Sequence record: OZ374907.1
Direction: 5' to 3' (one strand)
DNA: 32,000 nt
How positions within the stretch are numbered: the first letter of the stretch is position 1; each line of letters starts with the position of its first letter. Below, one piece after another: positions 19,959 through 32,000 of this stretch. The notes under the pieces were generated by a model. The model did no database searches. It was given only the letters and a program-made list of their open reading frames with translations, and was not told where the DNA came from. The translations under genes and the position numbers were made by a program.

Positions 19959-20642
19959 TTAACGGGTTTGAAGTAAAGATTCTTGCTCAAGAGAATTATC
20001 ATCAGGGAGTTTTACAATTCGCTCGAGGGTTTCCTTAACAGTTTGAGTATCATAATCAGGGTACGCTACTCCATCTACTAAGCCATAAGTTCGTGCTTCT
20101 TCTGCAGAGAAGAAGGTATCACGGTCCATGTCATTAGCAATTCTATCAATAGGTTGACCCGTACGTGCTGCATATAAATACCCTACTTGTCGTCGAAGTC
20201 GTAAGATTTCAACGGACTCGTAAATAATTTCAGAAGCTTGGCCTCGTGTTCCACCTTCAGGTTGGTGAATCATAATACGAGAATGAGGTAATGCACATCG
20301 TCGAAGTGGGGTTCCACCACAAAGAACAAAAGACGCCGTAGATGCTGCTAAGCCCATACCAATAGTAATGACATCCGCAGCAACATGTTCAATTGTATCG
20401 AAAAGAGCTAAACCAGATGTAACTGCACCACCAGGAGAATTAATATAAAGCTCATGGTTTTTACTAGAATCTTCTGCACTTAAATACAGCATCATTCCAA
20501 CAATTTGGTTACAGAGCTCATCATCTAACTCTTGACCCATAAAAAGAACACGTTCTCGGTATAAACGGTTGTATAAATCAACCCATTGTGCTTGTTGTTC
20601 CCCCGGTAAACGATATGGAACTTTAGGTACGCCAATTGGCAT
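19959..20642 (-). CDS. clpP: ATP-dependent Clp protease proteolytic subunit
   Basis: 227 aa: [15 protein letters not shown] ... Ser (GLAAS), His (IMIHQP) and Asp (DMDRD) catalytic positions present. No introns or insertions. Confidence 0.96.
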   Translation of the reverse strand: MPIGVPKVPYRLPGEQQAQWVDLYNRLYRERVLFMGQELDDELCNQIVGMMLYLSAEDSSKNHELYINSPGGAVTSGLALFDTIEHVAADVITIGMGLAASTASFVLCGGTPLRRCALPHSRIMIHQPEGGTRGQASEIIYESVEILRLRRQVGYLYAARTGQPIDRIANDMDRDTFFSAEEARTYGLVDGVAYPDYDTQTVKETLERIVKLPDDNSLEQESLLQTR

Positions 20643-20747
20643 GGTTTGAGTTTACTGAAAAATAGCACGAAACAGTCGTTTCTGTTTGGCTTATACTTAT
20701 TGGGAAAAATTTTTTAACTAAATCTAAAAATTTATTAGTTAAAAAAA

Positions 20748-20822
20748 CGGGCTTGGAGGGACTCGAACCCCCGACCATATGGTTCGTAGCCACATACTCT
20801 AATCCAACTGAGCTACAAGCCC
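20748..20822 (-). tRNA. trnR: tRNA-Arg(ACG)
   Basis: GGGCTTG/CAAGCCC acceptor, anticodon arm TGTGG-CTACGAA-CCATA. Confidence 0.88.
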
Positions 20823-20956
20823 TTTTTTTTTAATTTTACCTGTAATTAACTCAAAGTTTATTATAGTATTTCACCTTTAAGCTATGAACCCAATAAAATA
20901 AATTAAAAAATAACTAATAAAAAAACAAGAATGGCAGATCGTATTTTACCAAAAAG

Positions 20957-21001
20957 TAACCCCTTATTATATTACTAATAAAATAACATAATAAGGGGTT
21001 A
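20957..21001 (-). terminator. psaI 3' stem-loop, 14-bp perfect inverted repeat TAACCCCTTATTAT / ATAATAAGGGGTTA
   Basis: Arms at 20957-20970 and 20988-21001, beginning 14 nt downstream of the psaI stop on the minus strand. Confidence 0.6.
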
Positions 21002-21014
21002 AAGAGGGTTTCTC

Positions 21015-21125
21015 TTAGGATACCTGTTGACGCTCAATATAAACAAACCAAGTTGCCATTGCAACACCAGGTAAAATTAAGCAGGTGAAAGTAACCATTA
21101 CGATAGGAAGATACTCAAGTACCAT
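21015..21125 (-). CDS. psaI: photosystem I subunit VIII (36 aa, not in the ORF track)
   Basis: Manual translation MVLEYLPIVMVTFTCLILPGVAMATWFVYIERQQVS*, matching the PsaI pattern (..LPSI.VPLVGL.FPA.AMA.LF.YI.). Confidence 0.75.
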   Translation of the reverse strand: MVLEYLPIVMVTFTCLILPGVAMATWFVYIERQQVS

Positions 21126-21319
21126 CAGACTTTTCTATTACTATTTATAGGAACTATGTCACCTCAAAAACTAGACGTAATAGGTGCTATTTAAAATTAT
21201 AGCTATACGATTTTGCAAAGACAAGAGTCAAACCTTCCCTTCTTTCTTTAATATATGTTAATTATAATTGAAAATAAAAGTAAAAGAATTACCTAAATAA
21301 AAAACAAAGAGGCGGATAG

Positions 21320-21349
21320 TTGACAAAAAAAGAACTGGTTTAGTATACT
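21320..21349 (+). promoter_or_regulatory. sigma70/PEP-type promoter TTGACA-18-TATACT directly upstream of 23S rRNA
   Basis: Perfect -35 hexamer at 21320-21325 and TATACT at 21344-21349. The 23S 5' end (GGTCAAATGATTAAGGGC) is about 38 nt downstream. Confidence 0.55.
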
Positions 21350-21386
21350 TATATTTGCTCCAATCGAATTAAACAAGATTGGAAAC

Positions 21387-24402
<3,016 letters not shown>

Positions 24403-24410
24403 TAAAATAG

Positions 24411-24436
24411 ACCCTATATCTTTTTAGGTATAGGGT
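24411..24436 (+). terminator. hairpin ACCCTATA/TATAGGGT followed by T7, immediately after the 23S 3' end
   Basis: 8-bp stem with 10-nt loop, then TTTTTTT. Looks like an intrinsic terminator. Confidence 0.55.
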
Positions 24437-24508
24437 TTTTTTAATGACTAAGGTATAACTTTTTTCTATATACACTTCTTATAATATTTATAAAACATTA
24501 TAATAGTA

Positions 24509-24556
24509 TATACCTTCCAAATACTAAAAATATAATTTAGTTAATTGGAAGGTATA
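24509..24556 (-). terminator. psbH 3' stem-loop, 12-bp perfect inverted repeat TATACCTTCCAA / TTGGAAGGTATA
   Basis: Arms at 24509-24520 and 24545-24556, starting 8 nt downstream of the psbH stop on the minus strand. Confidence 0.55.
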
Positions 24557-24563
24557 AGAGGGT

Positions 24564-24788
24564 TTAGCTCATACTTGTCCAACTCATGTTAATATCATCG
24601 ATAATAACAGAAGAGTTGTAAATTTCAAGAAGAATAACAAGGAAAACAGCGAAAAGACCCATGAAGAGACCCATAATAGGTGTTGTTCCCCAACCGGGTG
24701 CTACTTTTCCATACTCAGAGTTTAAAGGACGAAGAAATGTACCAACAGCAGTAACTTTTCCTGTTCCTGTATTTGCCTTTGTTGCCAT
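24564..24788 (-). CDS. psbH: photosystem II phosphoprotein PsbH
   Basis: 74 aa: [11 protein letters not shown] ... [42 protein letters not shown]. Confidence 0.95.
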   Translation of the reverse strand: MATKANTGTGKVTAVGTFLRPLNSEYGKVAPGWGTTPIMGLFMGLFAVFLVILLEIYNSSVIIDDINMSWTSMS

Positions 24789-24926
24789 TGAAAAATGATT
24801 CGGGGTAGTGCCCCTTCAAAAATTTTAACTATCTATTCTATTATTAAATATGTACTTCTATTAGTAACAAGTTGTTACTAATCTTTTGAAGAAATATTTT
24901 TTTTATACTAAAAAGGGAGAAATCAT

Positions 24927-25061
24927 ATGGATACCCCCGCTTTTTTCTTTACCGTTTTCTTATGGTGCTTCTTAGTAAGCATTACGGGTTATTCGTTATA
25001 TGTAGGATTTGGTCCTCCTTCTCAAACGCTTCGTGATCCTTTTGAAGAACATGAAGACTAA
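24927..25061 (+). CDS. psbN: PsbN (44 aa, not in the ORF track)
   Basis: Manual translation [44 protein letters not shown]. Conserved [12 protein letters not shown] motif, opposite strand between psbT and psbH as in other plastids. GGGAG lies 8-12 nt upstream of the ATG. Confidence 0.9.
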   Translation: MDTPAFFFTVFLWCFLVSITGYSLYVGFGPPSQTLRDPFEEHED

Positions 25062-25094
25062 TTAAAAGTAGATCCAATTCACTTTACATATTCA

Positions 25095-25114
25095 TTGGGC
25101 CCTTTTGGGCCCAA
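25095..25114. terminator. bidirectional stem-loop TTGGGCCC-TTTT-GGGCCCAA between convergent psbN and psbT
   Basis: 8-bp perfect stem with a 4-nt loop. Confidence 0.55.
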
Positions 25115-25126
25115 CTTTAAAATTGC

Positions 25127-25222
25127 TTACTTACTAATACGTGGGGGTTCACGGAAAAAGATTGCAAAGAAAATAACACCTAATGTACCTACGAGAAGGA
25201 AAGTGTAAACTAATGCTTCCAT
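25127..25222 (-). CDS. psbT: photosystem II protein T (31 aa, not in the ORF track)
   Basis: Manual translation [31 protein letters not shown], canonical PsbT, downstream of psbB. Confidence 0.93.
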   Translation of the reverse strand: MEALVYTFLLVGTLGVIFFAIFFREPPRISK

Positions 25223-25249
25223 TTTAAATTATATTAATGTACGTTGATG

Positions 25250-25281
25250 TGATACCAGCTATTTAAGAATAGCTGGTATCA
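25250..25281 (-). other. 14-bp perfect stem-loop in the psbB-psbT spacer
   Basis: TGATACCAGCTATT / AATAGCTGGTATCA with a 4-nt loop. Likely an intercistronic RNA-stability or processing element. Confidence 0.6.
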
Positions 25282-25320
25282 GTTAATAACCTTTTAGAAC
25301 AAACTTTAATTAAAAATTAA

Positions 25321-26847
25321 TTAAACAGTTTGACGACGAGTAGACGTATCACCAAGTTTCTGGAATGCACCAAATTCTACTTGCTCATCAAGGTCAGGGT
25401 CAATACCCGCAAATACATCACGGAAGATTGTACGAGCACCGTGCCAAATGTGGCCAAAGAAGAAGAGAAGAGCAAAACATAAGTGACCGAAAGTAAACCA
25501 ACCACGAGGGCTACTACGGAATACACCATCAGATTGAAGGATTGCACGATCAAACTCGAAGATTTCACCTAATTGTGCACGACGAGCGTACTTCTTAACG
25601 GTAGCAGGATCATTAAACGTTACACCATCTAATTCACCACCATAGAACGTAACACTAACACCAACTTGCTCAATACTATACTTAGACTCAGCACGACGGA
25701 AAGGTACATCCGCACGAACTACACCATCCTTGTCTACGAGAAGAACAGGGAATGTTTCAAAGAACGTAGGCATACGACGAACAAAAAGTTCATTACCTTG
25801 TGTGTCAGTAAATACAGCGTGACCAAGCCAACCAATGGAAATACCATCACCGTTGTTCATAGGGCCAGAACGGAAAAGACCACCTTTTGCAGGGTTATTT
25901 CCAATGTAATCGTAGAAAGAGAGTTTCTCAGGAATCTTAGACCAAGCAGTGGAGAGGTTGTCACCAGCAGCAAGATTCGCTTGAACTCGCTTCTCAATTT
26001 CTTGAGCAAAGAAACCTTGGTCCCATTGGTAACGTGTAGGGCCAAAAAGTTCAATAGGCGTTGCTGCAGAACCATACCACATTGTACCAGCTACTACAAA
26101 TGCTGCCCAGAAAACAGCTGCAATACTACTAGAGAGAACTGTTTCAATGTTACCCATACGAAGACCTTTGTAAAGACGCTGGGGAGGACGAACAGTAAGG
26201 TGGAAAAGACCAGCTAAAATACCAAGAATACCAGCTGCAATGTGGTGAGAAGCTACACCACCGGGGTTGTAAGGGTCAAAACCTTCTGCACCCCAAGCAG
26301 GTGCAACAGGTTGAACACTACCTGTAATTCCATAAGGATCAGATACCCAAATACCAGGACCAAAGAGACCTGTTACGTGGAAAGCACCAAAACCAAAACA
26401 TAAAAGTCCAGAAAGGAAAAGGTGAATACCAAAAATCTTAGGAAGGTCAAGAGCAGGATCACCTGTACGAGGATCACGGAAAAGCTCAAGGTCCCAGAAT
26501 ACCCAGTGCCAAATAGCAGCAAGGAAAAGAAGACCAGATAAGATAATGTGAGATGCTGCTACACCTTCATAGCTCCAAATACCAGGATCAGTAATTGTTT
26601 CACCATTTACATCCCAACCACCCCAAGATTTAGTTACACCAAGACGTGTCATAAAGGGGAGTACGAACATACCTTGACGCCACATGGGGTTAAGTACAGG
26701 ATCAGAGGGATCGAAAACAGAGAGCTCGTAAAGTGCCATAGAGCCTGCCCAACCAGATACGAGAGCAGTGTGCATAATATGAACAGCAATTAAGCGTCCA
26801 GGATCATTAAGAACAACCGTGTGAACACGGAACCAAGGGAGTCCCAT
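25321..26847 (-). CDS. psbB: photosystem II CP47
   Basis: 508 aa from [30 protein letters not shown]. The 46 extra N-terminal codons in the track ORF are AT-rich leader read-through. Confidence 0.97.
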   Translation of the reverse strand: MGLPWFRVHTVVLNDPGRLIAVHIMHTALVSGWAGSMALYELSVFDPSDPVLNPMWRQGMFVLPFMTRLGVTKSWGGWDVNGETITDPGIWSYEGVAASHIILSGLLFLAAIWHWVFWDLELFRDPRTGDPALDLPKIFGIHLFLSGLLCFGFGAFHVTGLFGPGIWVSDPYGITGSVQPVAPAWGAEGFDPYNPGGVASHHIAAGILGILAGLFHLTVRPPQRLYKGLRMGNIETVLSSSIAAVFWAAFVVAGTMWYGSAATPIELFGPTRYQWDQGFFAQEIEKRVQANLAAGDNLSTAWSKIPEKLSFYDYIGNNPAKGGLFRSGPMNNGDGISIGWLGHAVFTDTQGNELFVRRMPTFFETFPVLLVDKDGVVRADVPFRRAESKYSIEQVGVSVTFYGGELDGVTFNDPATVKKYARRAQLGEIFEFDRAILQSDGVFRSSPRGWFTFGHLCFALLFFFGHIWHGARTIFRDVFAGIDPDLDEQVEFGAFQKLGDTSTRRQTV

Positions 26848-27040
26848 GGAAAAATTGATAATTGATTTACTTAGCTTTCTTTCTTTTGAGATAAAAAATT
26901 TTATCCCTGTTAAAAAAAGAATACCATATAAATATTCTGAGAAAAAGATTCCTCTACATCCATTTCTTTTCTTTTTTACTAACAACTTTAAACGTTTTTT
27001 AATCTAATAAGTTTTATTAATTCATTATAATTTTATTAAC

Positions 27041-27075
27041 CGGAAGACATTGTTCTTCCGTGCTTTTTCAAGCAC
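27041..27075 (+). promoter_or_regulatory. two adjacent short hairpins in the psbA leader
   Basis: CGGAAGAC-ATT-GTTCTTCCG (27041-27060) and GTGCTT-TTTC-AAGCAC (27060-75), ending 37 nt upstream of the psbA ATG. A TATAAT box lies at 27026-27031. Confidence 0.4.
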
Positions 27076-27105
27076 CTACCCAAATATTTTTTTAATTAAC
27101 AATAA

Positions 27106-28173
<1,068 letters not shown>

Positions 28174-28198
28174 TTCGTGTCTTAGAAGCACAACAATT

Positions 28199-28219
28199 AA
28201 CCCCCCTTCTTGGGGGGTT
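28199..28219 (+). terminator. psbA 3' stem-loop AACCCCCC-TTCTT-GGGGGGTT followed by a T-run
   Basis: 8-bp stem 26 nt after the psbA stop, followed by ATTTTTTT. Confidence 0.6.
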
Positions 28220-28329
28220 ATTTTTTTGCATATGATTATCTGATAGTATTGTCCCCCTTACTTTTTATTTTTATAAAACTTTATAGTAAACCCCCCTTCA
28301 ATTGTCTTAGATCATTCAACTGAAGAAGT

Positions 28330-28349
28330 ACTGTAAATCTATTTACAGT
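28330..28349 (-). terminator. ycf3 3' stem-loop ACTGTAAAT/ATTTACAGT abutting the stop codon
   Basis: 9-bp palindrome whose right arm overlaps the ycf3 stop codon (28349-28351) by 1 nt. Confidence 0.45.
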
Positions 28350-28852
28350 TAAACACGACCTGTTGTTCGCATCCAATTTTGGGCTTCGATGTAACTTGTT
28401 GGAGCTAAACGAATTGCTTCACGCCAATAATCAGCTGCTTTATCAAATAATAAAGTTGATAAAGGAATATCACCGACTTCAATTGCTCTTTCACCACGAT
28501 AATGGTAAATAACCGCTAAGTTATTTAACGCCTGTGGTAGAAACGGATTACGTTCTAAAGCTTGACAGTAATATTCTAAAGCACGGCTATGCTCACCATT
28601 ACTAGCATGAATTAAGCCAATATTATAAAGAATATAGCTTCGATCATAACTATTAACTTCTAATCGCATAGCTTGATAATAGTTTTGAAGCGCTTCTGCA
28701 TATTCTCCTTCAGCTTGGGCCGAAAGACCTTCACGATAGTAAGAAAATGCACGTTTCTCACGACTAGTCGTAGGAAGTGTACGAAGTAAAATATCAGCAA
28801 CAACTGTAAAGGTTTTATCAATAAAGTTATCACTACGCTGAGATCGAGGCAT
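28349..28852 (-). CDS. ycf3: photosystem I assembly protein Ycf3 (TPR), intronless
   Basis: 167 aa: [15 protein letters not shown] ... [29 protein letters not shown] ... [15 protein letters not shown]. Confidence 0.96.
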   Translation of the reverse strand: MPRSQRSDNFIDKTFTVVADILLRTLPTTSREKRAFSYYREGLSAQAEGEYAEALQNYYQAMRLEVNSYDRSYILYNIGLIHASNGEHSRALEYYCQALERNPFLPQALNNLAVIYHYRGERAIEVGDIPLSTLLFDKAADYWREAIRLAPTSYIEAQNWMRTTGRV

Positions 28853-28898
28853 AGACTACAAATTAATATTACAAACTAAACTAACAAAAAGGTTAGAG

Positions 28899-29504
28899 TT
28901 AAGCTCGTCGAGAATAATGCTCAATACTTAATTGAGGGCGAACTTGTAAACCAATATCTTTTAAAGAACAGTTTTGAAGAACGCGCCCACTCTTTCCATC
29001 TGGTTGAAGAGCTAAGAAAGAAGGAATAGGACGATCATTTGCTTTTGCAAACCCTTCAACTAGTTTTTGAGATTGAGAACGAGAGTTAATACTAATAATA
29101 TCACCAATTTGACAATTAAAGCTACTAATATCTACACAACGTCCATTTACACAAATATGACCGTGTGTTACTAATTGACGGCTTGCGCGAATTGTAGGGG
29201 CAAACCCAAGACGGTATACAATATTATCTAAACGGCACTCGAGAGATGCTAATAAATAACTACCAGTTGCTCCTTTAGATTGACGTGCTTGGCGTACAAG
29301 AGTTAATAATTGACGCTCAGTAATTCCATAGTGATAACGTAATTTTTGTTTTTCACGAAGACGAATATCATATTGGGATTGTTTTTGACGAGCGGCACCA
29401 TGTTCTCCAGGAGGATTTGTTCGCTTTGCTGTACGGCGAGCTAAACCAGGCAACTCTCCTAAACGGCGAACAACGCGAATACGTGGGCCTCGATAACGGG
29501 ACAT
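28899..29504 (-). CDS. rps4: ribosomal protein S4
   Basis: 201 aa: MSRYRGPRIRVVRRLGELPGL ... YDIRLREKQKLRYHYGITERQLL ... RLDNIVYRLGFAPTIRASRQLVTHGHI. Confidence 0.96.
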   Translation of the reverse strand: MSRYRGPRIRVVRRLGELPGLARRTAKRTNPPGEHGAARQKQSQYDIRLREKQKLRYHYGITERQLLTLVRQARQSKGATGSYLLASLECRLDNIVYRLGFAPTIRASRQLVTHGHICVNGRCVDISSFNCQIGDIISINSRSQSQKLVEGFAKANDRPIPSFLALQPDGKSGRVLQNCSLKDIGLQVRPQLSIEHYSRRA

Positions 29505-29625
29505 ATGTTTGTTGCTAAATTTAAAAAATAAGATAGTAGAGTATAAAAAAGTTTATAGCCAATCTTTTTTAAATCTCTATTAAAATGGTTTTGATAGAAC
29601 TTAGAAGTTAGAAATCAAAACCAGC

Positions 29626-29699
29626 CGGGACTGACGGGACTCGAACCCGCAACTTCCGCCTTGACAGGGCGGTGCTCTAACCAATTGAACTACAATCCC
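29626..29699 (-). tRNA. trnD: tRNA-Asp(GUC)
   Basis: GGGATTG/CAGTCCC acceptor, anticodon arm CCGCC-CTGTCAA-GGCGG. Confidence 0.9.
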
Positions 29700-29715
29700 A
29701 TAATGGTATAAATAC

Positions 29716-29745
29716 AGGATACTCTACCTATACCCTTTCTGTCAA
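29716..29745 (-). promoter_or_regulatory. PEP-type promoter candidate TTGACA-18-TATCCT upstream of trnD
   Basis: Minus strand reads TTGACAgaaagggtataggtagagTATCCT, ending about 17 nt upstream of the trnD 5' end. Confidence 0.35.
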
Positions 29746-29767
29746 ATTTATAATTAAACTCGTTCTC

Positions 29768-29796
29768 TTGCGGTTTTCTTTTATTTTTAGTAATAT
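29768..29796 (+). promoter_or_regulatory. PEP-type promoter candidate TTGCGG-17-TAATAT upstream of trnS(CGA)
   Basis: The -10 TAATAT at 29791-29796 lies about 25 nt upstream of the trnS 5' end. Divergent with the trnD promoter candidate. Confidence 0.3.
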
Positions 29797-29821
29797 ACAA
29801 AAGATTCTACTATGATTTTTA

Positions 29822-29906
29822 GGAGGGGTGGCAGAGTGGTTGATTGCACAGTTCTCGAAAAGCTGCATAGCTTCGGCTATCGAGGGTTCGAATCCCTCTC
29901 TCTCCG
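29822..29906 (+). tRNA. trnS: tRNA-Ser(CGA)
   Basis: GGAGGGG acceptor, anticodon arm CAGTT-CTCGAAA-AGCTG, variable arm ATAGC-TTCG-GCTAT, T-arm GAGGG-TTCGAAT-CCCTC. Confidence 0.88.
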
Positions 29907-30141
29907 TACTTTTTTATAAGAGGTATAGCCCTCTATTAGGGGGAAGGCCCGTAAGTTAAATACATTAAGAATTTGACAAAAAAAACACGTATGGTTTTTT
30001 TAACCAGGTTAGTATTATATATGTCCCTACAACCACAAATACTATTAGGTTTATGGGTCCTTCATTTAGGATAAGCTTTTCTTTTTTAAAGATTATGTTT
30101 TATCCAATCAAACAAAAGGCAATCAAAACTTTTTAGCAAAA

Positions 30142-30172
30142 CTAATTCTTTATTTCAGAAGCAAAGAATTAG
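30142..30172 (+). other. 10-bp stem-loop in the psaA 5' leader (CTAATTCTTT / AAAGAATTAG)
   Basis: Perfect inverted repeat with an 11-nt loop, ending 38 nt upstream of the psaA ATG. Confidence 0.45.
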
Positions 30173-30209
30173 GTATTAATTTTGAGTCTAAATCTTACGG
30201 AGTTTTCTA

Positions 30210-32000
30210 ATGACAATTAGCCCTTCTGAACGTGAAACAATGAAGGTACGTGTTGCAGTTGATCGCGATCCTGTAGAAACGTCCTTCGAGAAGTGGGCCA
30301 AGCCTGGTCACTTCTCTCGTTCCCTTTCCAAAGGCCCTACAAGTACAACATGGGTTTGGAATTTACACGCTGATGCTCACGACTTTGATAGTCACACAAC
30401 AGACTTAGAGGATATTTCTCGTAAAGTGTTCAGTGCACACTTTGGTCAGTTAGCGATTATTTTAGTATGGCTTAGTGGTATGTATTTCCACGGTGCTCGT
30501 TTCTCTAACTACGAAGCATGGTTAACAGATCCTACGCACATTCGCCCTAGTGCACAAGTAGTTTGGCCTATTGTTGGTCAAGAAATTTTAAACGGTGATG
30601 TTGGAGGCGGTTTCCAAGGTGTACAAATTACATCTGGTTTCTTCCAACTCTGGCGAGCAAGTGGTATTACAAGTGAATTACAACTTTATAGTACTGCTAT
30701 TGGTGGTCTTATCCTTGCAGGTGCAATGCTCTTTGCTGGTTGGTTCCACTATCACAAAGCAGCTCCTCGTTTAGAGTGGTTCCAAAGTGTTGAATCCATG
30801 TTAAACCACCACTTAGCTGGTTTACTTGGTTTAGGTTCTCTTGCTTGGGCAGGTCACCAAATTCACATTTCTTTACCTATTAACCGTCTTTTAGACGCTG
30901 GTGTTGATCCTAAGGAAATTCCTCTCCCTCACGAGTTTCTTATGGATTCTAGCTTAATGGCCGATTTATACCCTAGTTTTGGGTTAGGCTTAGCTCCTTT
31001 CTTCTCCCTTCAATGGGGTGAGTACCAAGATTTCTTAACGTTCCGCGGTGGTCTTAACCCCGTAACAGGTGGTCTTTGGTTAACTGATACAGCACACCAC
31101 CACCTTGCAATTGCGGTTCTCTTTATCGTAGCTGGTCACATGTACCGTACAAACTTCGGTATTGGTCACAGTATCCAAGAGATTCTTGAAGCACACCGTG
31201 GTCCTTTCACTGGTGAAGGTCACAAGGGACTTTACGAAGTTCTCACAACATCTTGGCATGCGCAACTTGCTATTAACTTAGCGCTTTTTGGTTCTCTTTC
31301 CATTATTGTTGCACACCACATGTACGCAATGCCTCCTTACCCTTATCTTGCAACAGATTATGGTACACAGCTTTCCCTTTTCACACACCACATGTGGATT
31401 GGTGGTTTCTGTGTTGTAGGTGCTGGTGCACACGCAGCAATTTTTATGGTTCGTGACTACGATGTTGCTGGTAACTATAACAACTTATTAGATCGTGTAA
31501 TTCGTCACCGTGACGCTATTATTTCCCACTTAAACTGGGTTTGTATTTTCCTTGGTTTCCACAGCTTTGGTTTATACATCCACAACGATACTATGAGTGC
31601 GCTTGGTCGTCCTCAAGATATGTTCTCTGATACAGCAATTCAACTTCAACCTATTTTCGCACAATGGGTACAAAGTACACACTACCTTGCTCCTGAAGCA
31701 ACAGCTCCTTATGCAACACTTGCAACAAGTCCTGCTTGGGGTGGTGATATTGTTGCTGTTGGTGGTAAAGTTGCAATGATGCCTATCCCTCTTGGGACAG
31801 CAGACTTTATGGTTCACCACATTCACGCATTTACAATTCACGTAACTGTGTTAATTCTTCTTAAGGGTGTTCTCTTTGCACGTAGCTCTCGTCTTATTCC
31901 TGATAAGGCAAACTTAGGTTTCCGATTCCCTTGTGATGGACCTGGTCGTGGAGGTACTTGTCAAGTTTCTGGTTGGGACCACGTATTCTTAGGTCTCTTC
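30210..32000 (+). CDS. psaA: photosystem I P700 apoprotein A1, 5' 597 codons (runs off the right window edge)
   Basis: Manual translation [43 protein letters not shown] ... [27 protein letters not shown] in one continuous frame. Absent from the ORF track because no stop lies within the window. Confidence 0.95.
   Translation, partial: MTISPSERETMKVRVAVDRDPVETSFEKWAKPGHFSRSLSKGPTSTTWVWNLHADAHDFDSHTTDLEDISRKVFSAHFGQLAIILVWLSGMYFHGARFSNYEAWLTDPTHIRPSAQVVWPIVGQEILNGDVGGGFQGVQITSGFFQLWRASGITSELQLYSTAIGGLILAGAMLFAGWFHYHKAAPRLEWFQSVESMLNHHLAGLLGLGSLAWAGHQIHISLPINRLLDAGVDPKEIPLPHEFLMDSSLMADLYPSFGLGLAPFFSLQWGEYQDFLTFRGGLNPVTGGLWLTDTAHHHLAIAVLFIVAGHMYRTNFGIGHSIQEILEAHRGPFTGEGHKGLYEVLTTSWHAQLAINLALFGSLSIIVAHHMYAMPPYPYLATDYGTQLSLFTHHMWIGGFCVVGAGAHAAIFMVRDYDVAGNYNNLLDRVIRHRDAIISHLNWVCIFLGFHSFGLYIHNDTMSALGRPQDMFSDTAIQLQPIFAQWVQSTHYLAPEATAPYATLATSPAWGGDIVAVGGKVAMMPIPLGTADFMVHHIHAFTIHVTVLILLKGVLFARSSRLIPDKANLGFRFPCDGPGRGGTCQVSGWDHVFLGLF

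Noticed and set aside
20823-21014. Possible small gene in the trnR(ACG)-psaI spacer (ATGGCAGATCGT..., 15 codons).
   Set aside because: It is too short, matches no known small plastid peptide, and overlaps the psaI 3' hairpin.
26848-26985. 46-codon N-terminal extension of psbB in the ORF track (554 aa).
   Set aside because: CP47 universally starts at MGLPWFRVH. The upstream codons are AT-rich leader with no conservation, so the start is set at 26847.

Overview
This window is a gene-dense piece of a green-algal (Chlorophyta-type) chloroplast genome, not a bacterial accessory region. I can place 34 protein genes, 20 tRNA genes, one complete 23S rRNA gene and one candidate small ncRNA. The protein genes include the rpl23-rpl2-rps19-rps3-rpl16-rpl14-rpl5-rps8-infA-rpl36-rps11-rpoA cluster, psbD/psbC, rpl19-tufA, psaC, psbI, rbcL, rpl20, rps18, rps14, rps2, clpP, psaI, the psbB-psbT-psbN-psbH cluster, psbA, ycf3, rps4, the 5' ~600 codons of psaA, and the 3' part of a large ftsH/ycf2-like ORF. 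The lineage call rests on plastid-encoded tufA, rpl19, rpl5, infA and the ftsH-like ORF, no rpl22 between rps19 and rps3, a contiguous psaA, and no introns in any gene here. I cannot name the class. I see no mobile elements, CRISPR arrays, defence genes or unexplained large ORFs, and I do not claim a novel multi-gene system. Every ORF of 60 aa or more is either a known plastid gene or an artefact: antisense to a codon-biased gene, inside the rRNA, or across a tRNA cluster. Points worth follow-up: (1) an unlisted hairpin RNA between trnG(UCC) and trnI(GAU) carrying the SRP RNA domain IV signature (candidate plastid ffs). (2) A dismantled rRNA operon, with 23S standing alone behind its own sigma70-type promoter and ahead of a terminator-like hairpin, no 5S downstream, and intronless trnI(GAU) and trnA(UGC) in unrelated tRNA clusters. 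(3) An ftsH-like ORF whose Walker A, Walker B and HEXXH motifs all look degenerate. (4) An rpoA that appears to encode only the alpha N-terminal domain. (5) Unusual tRNA isoacceptors trnS(CGA) and trnL(GAG). (6) A family of TTGACA(A)n promoter-like boxes and C-tract/G-tract hairpins. All coordinates and folds were worked out by eye and should be confirmed with software.
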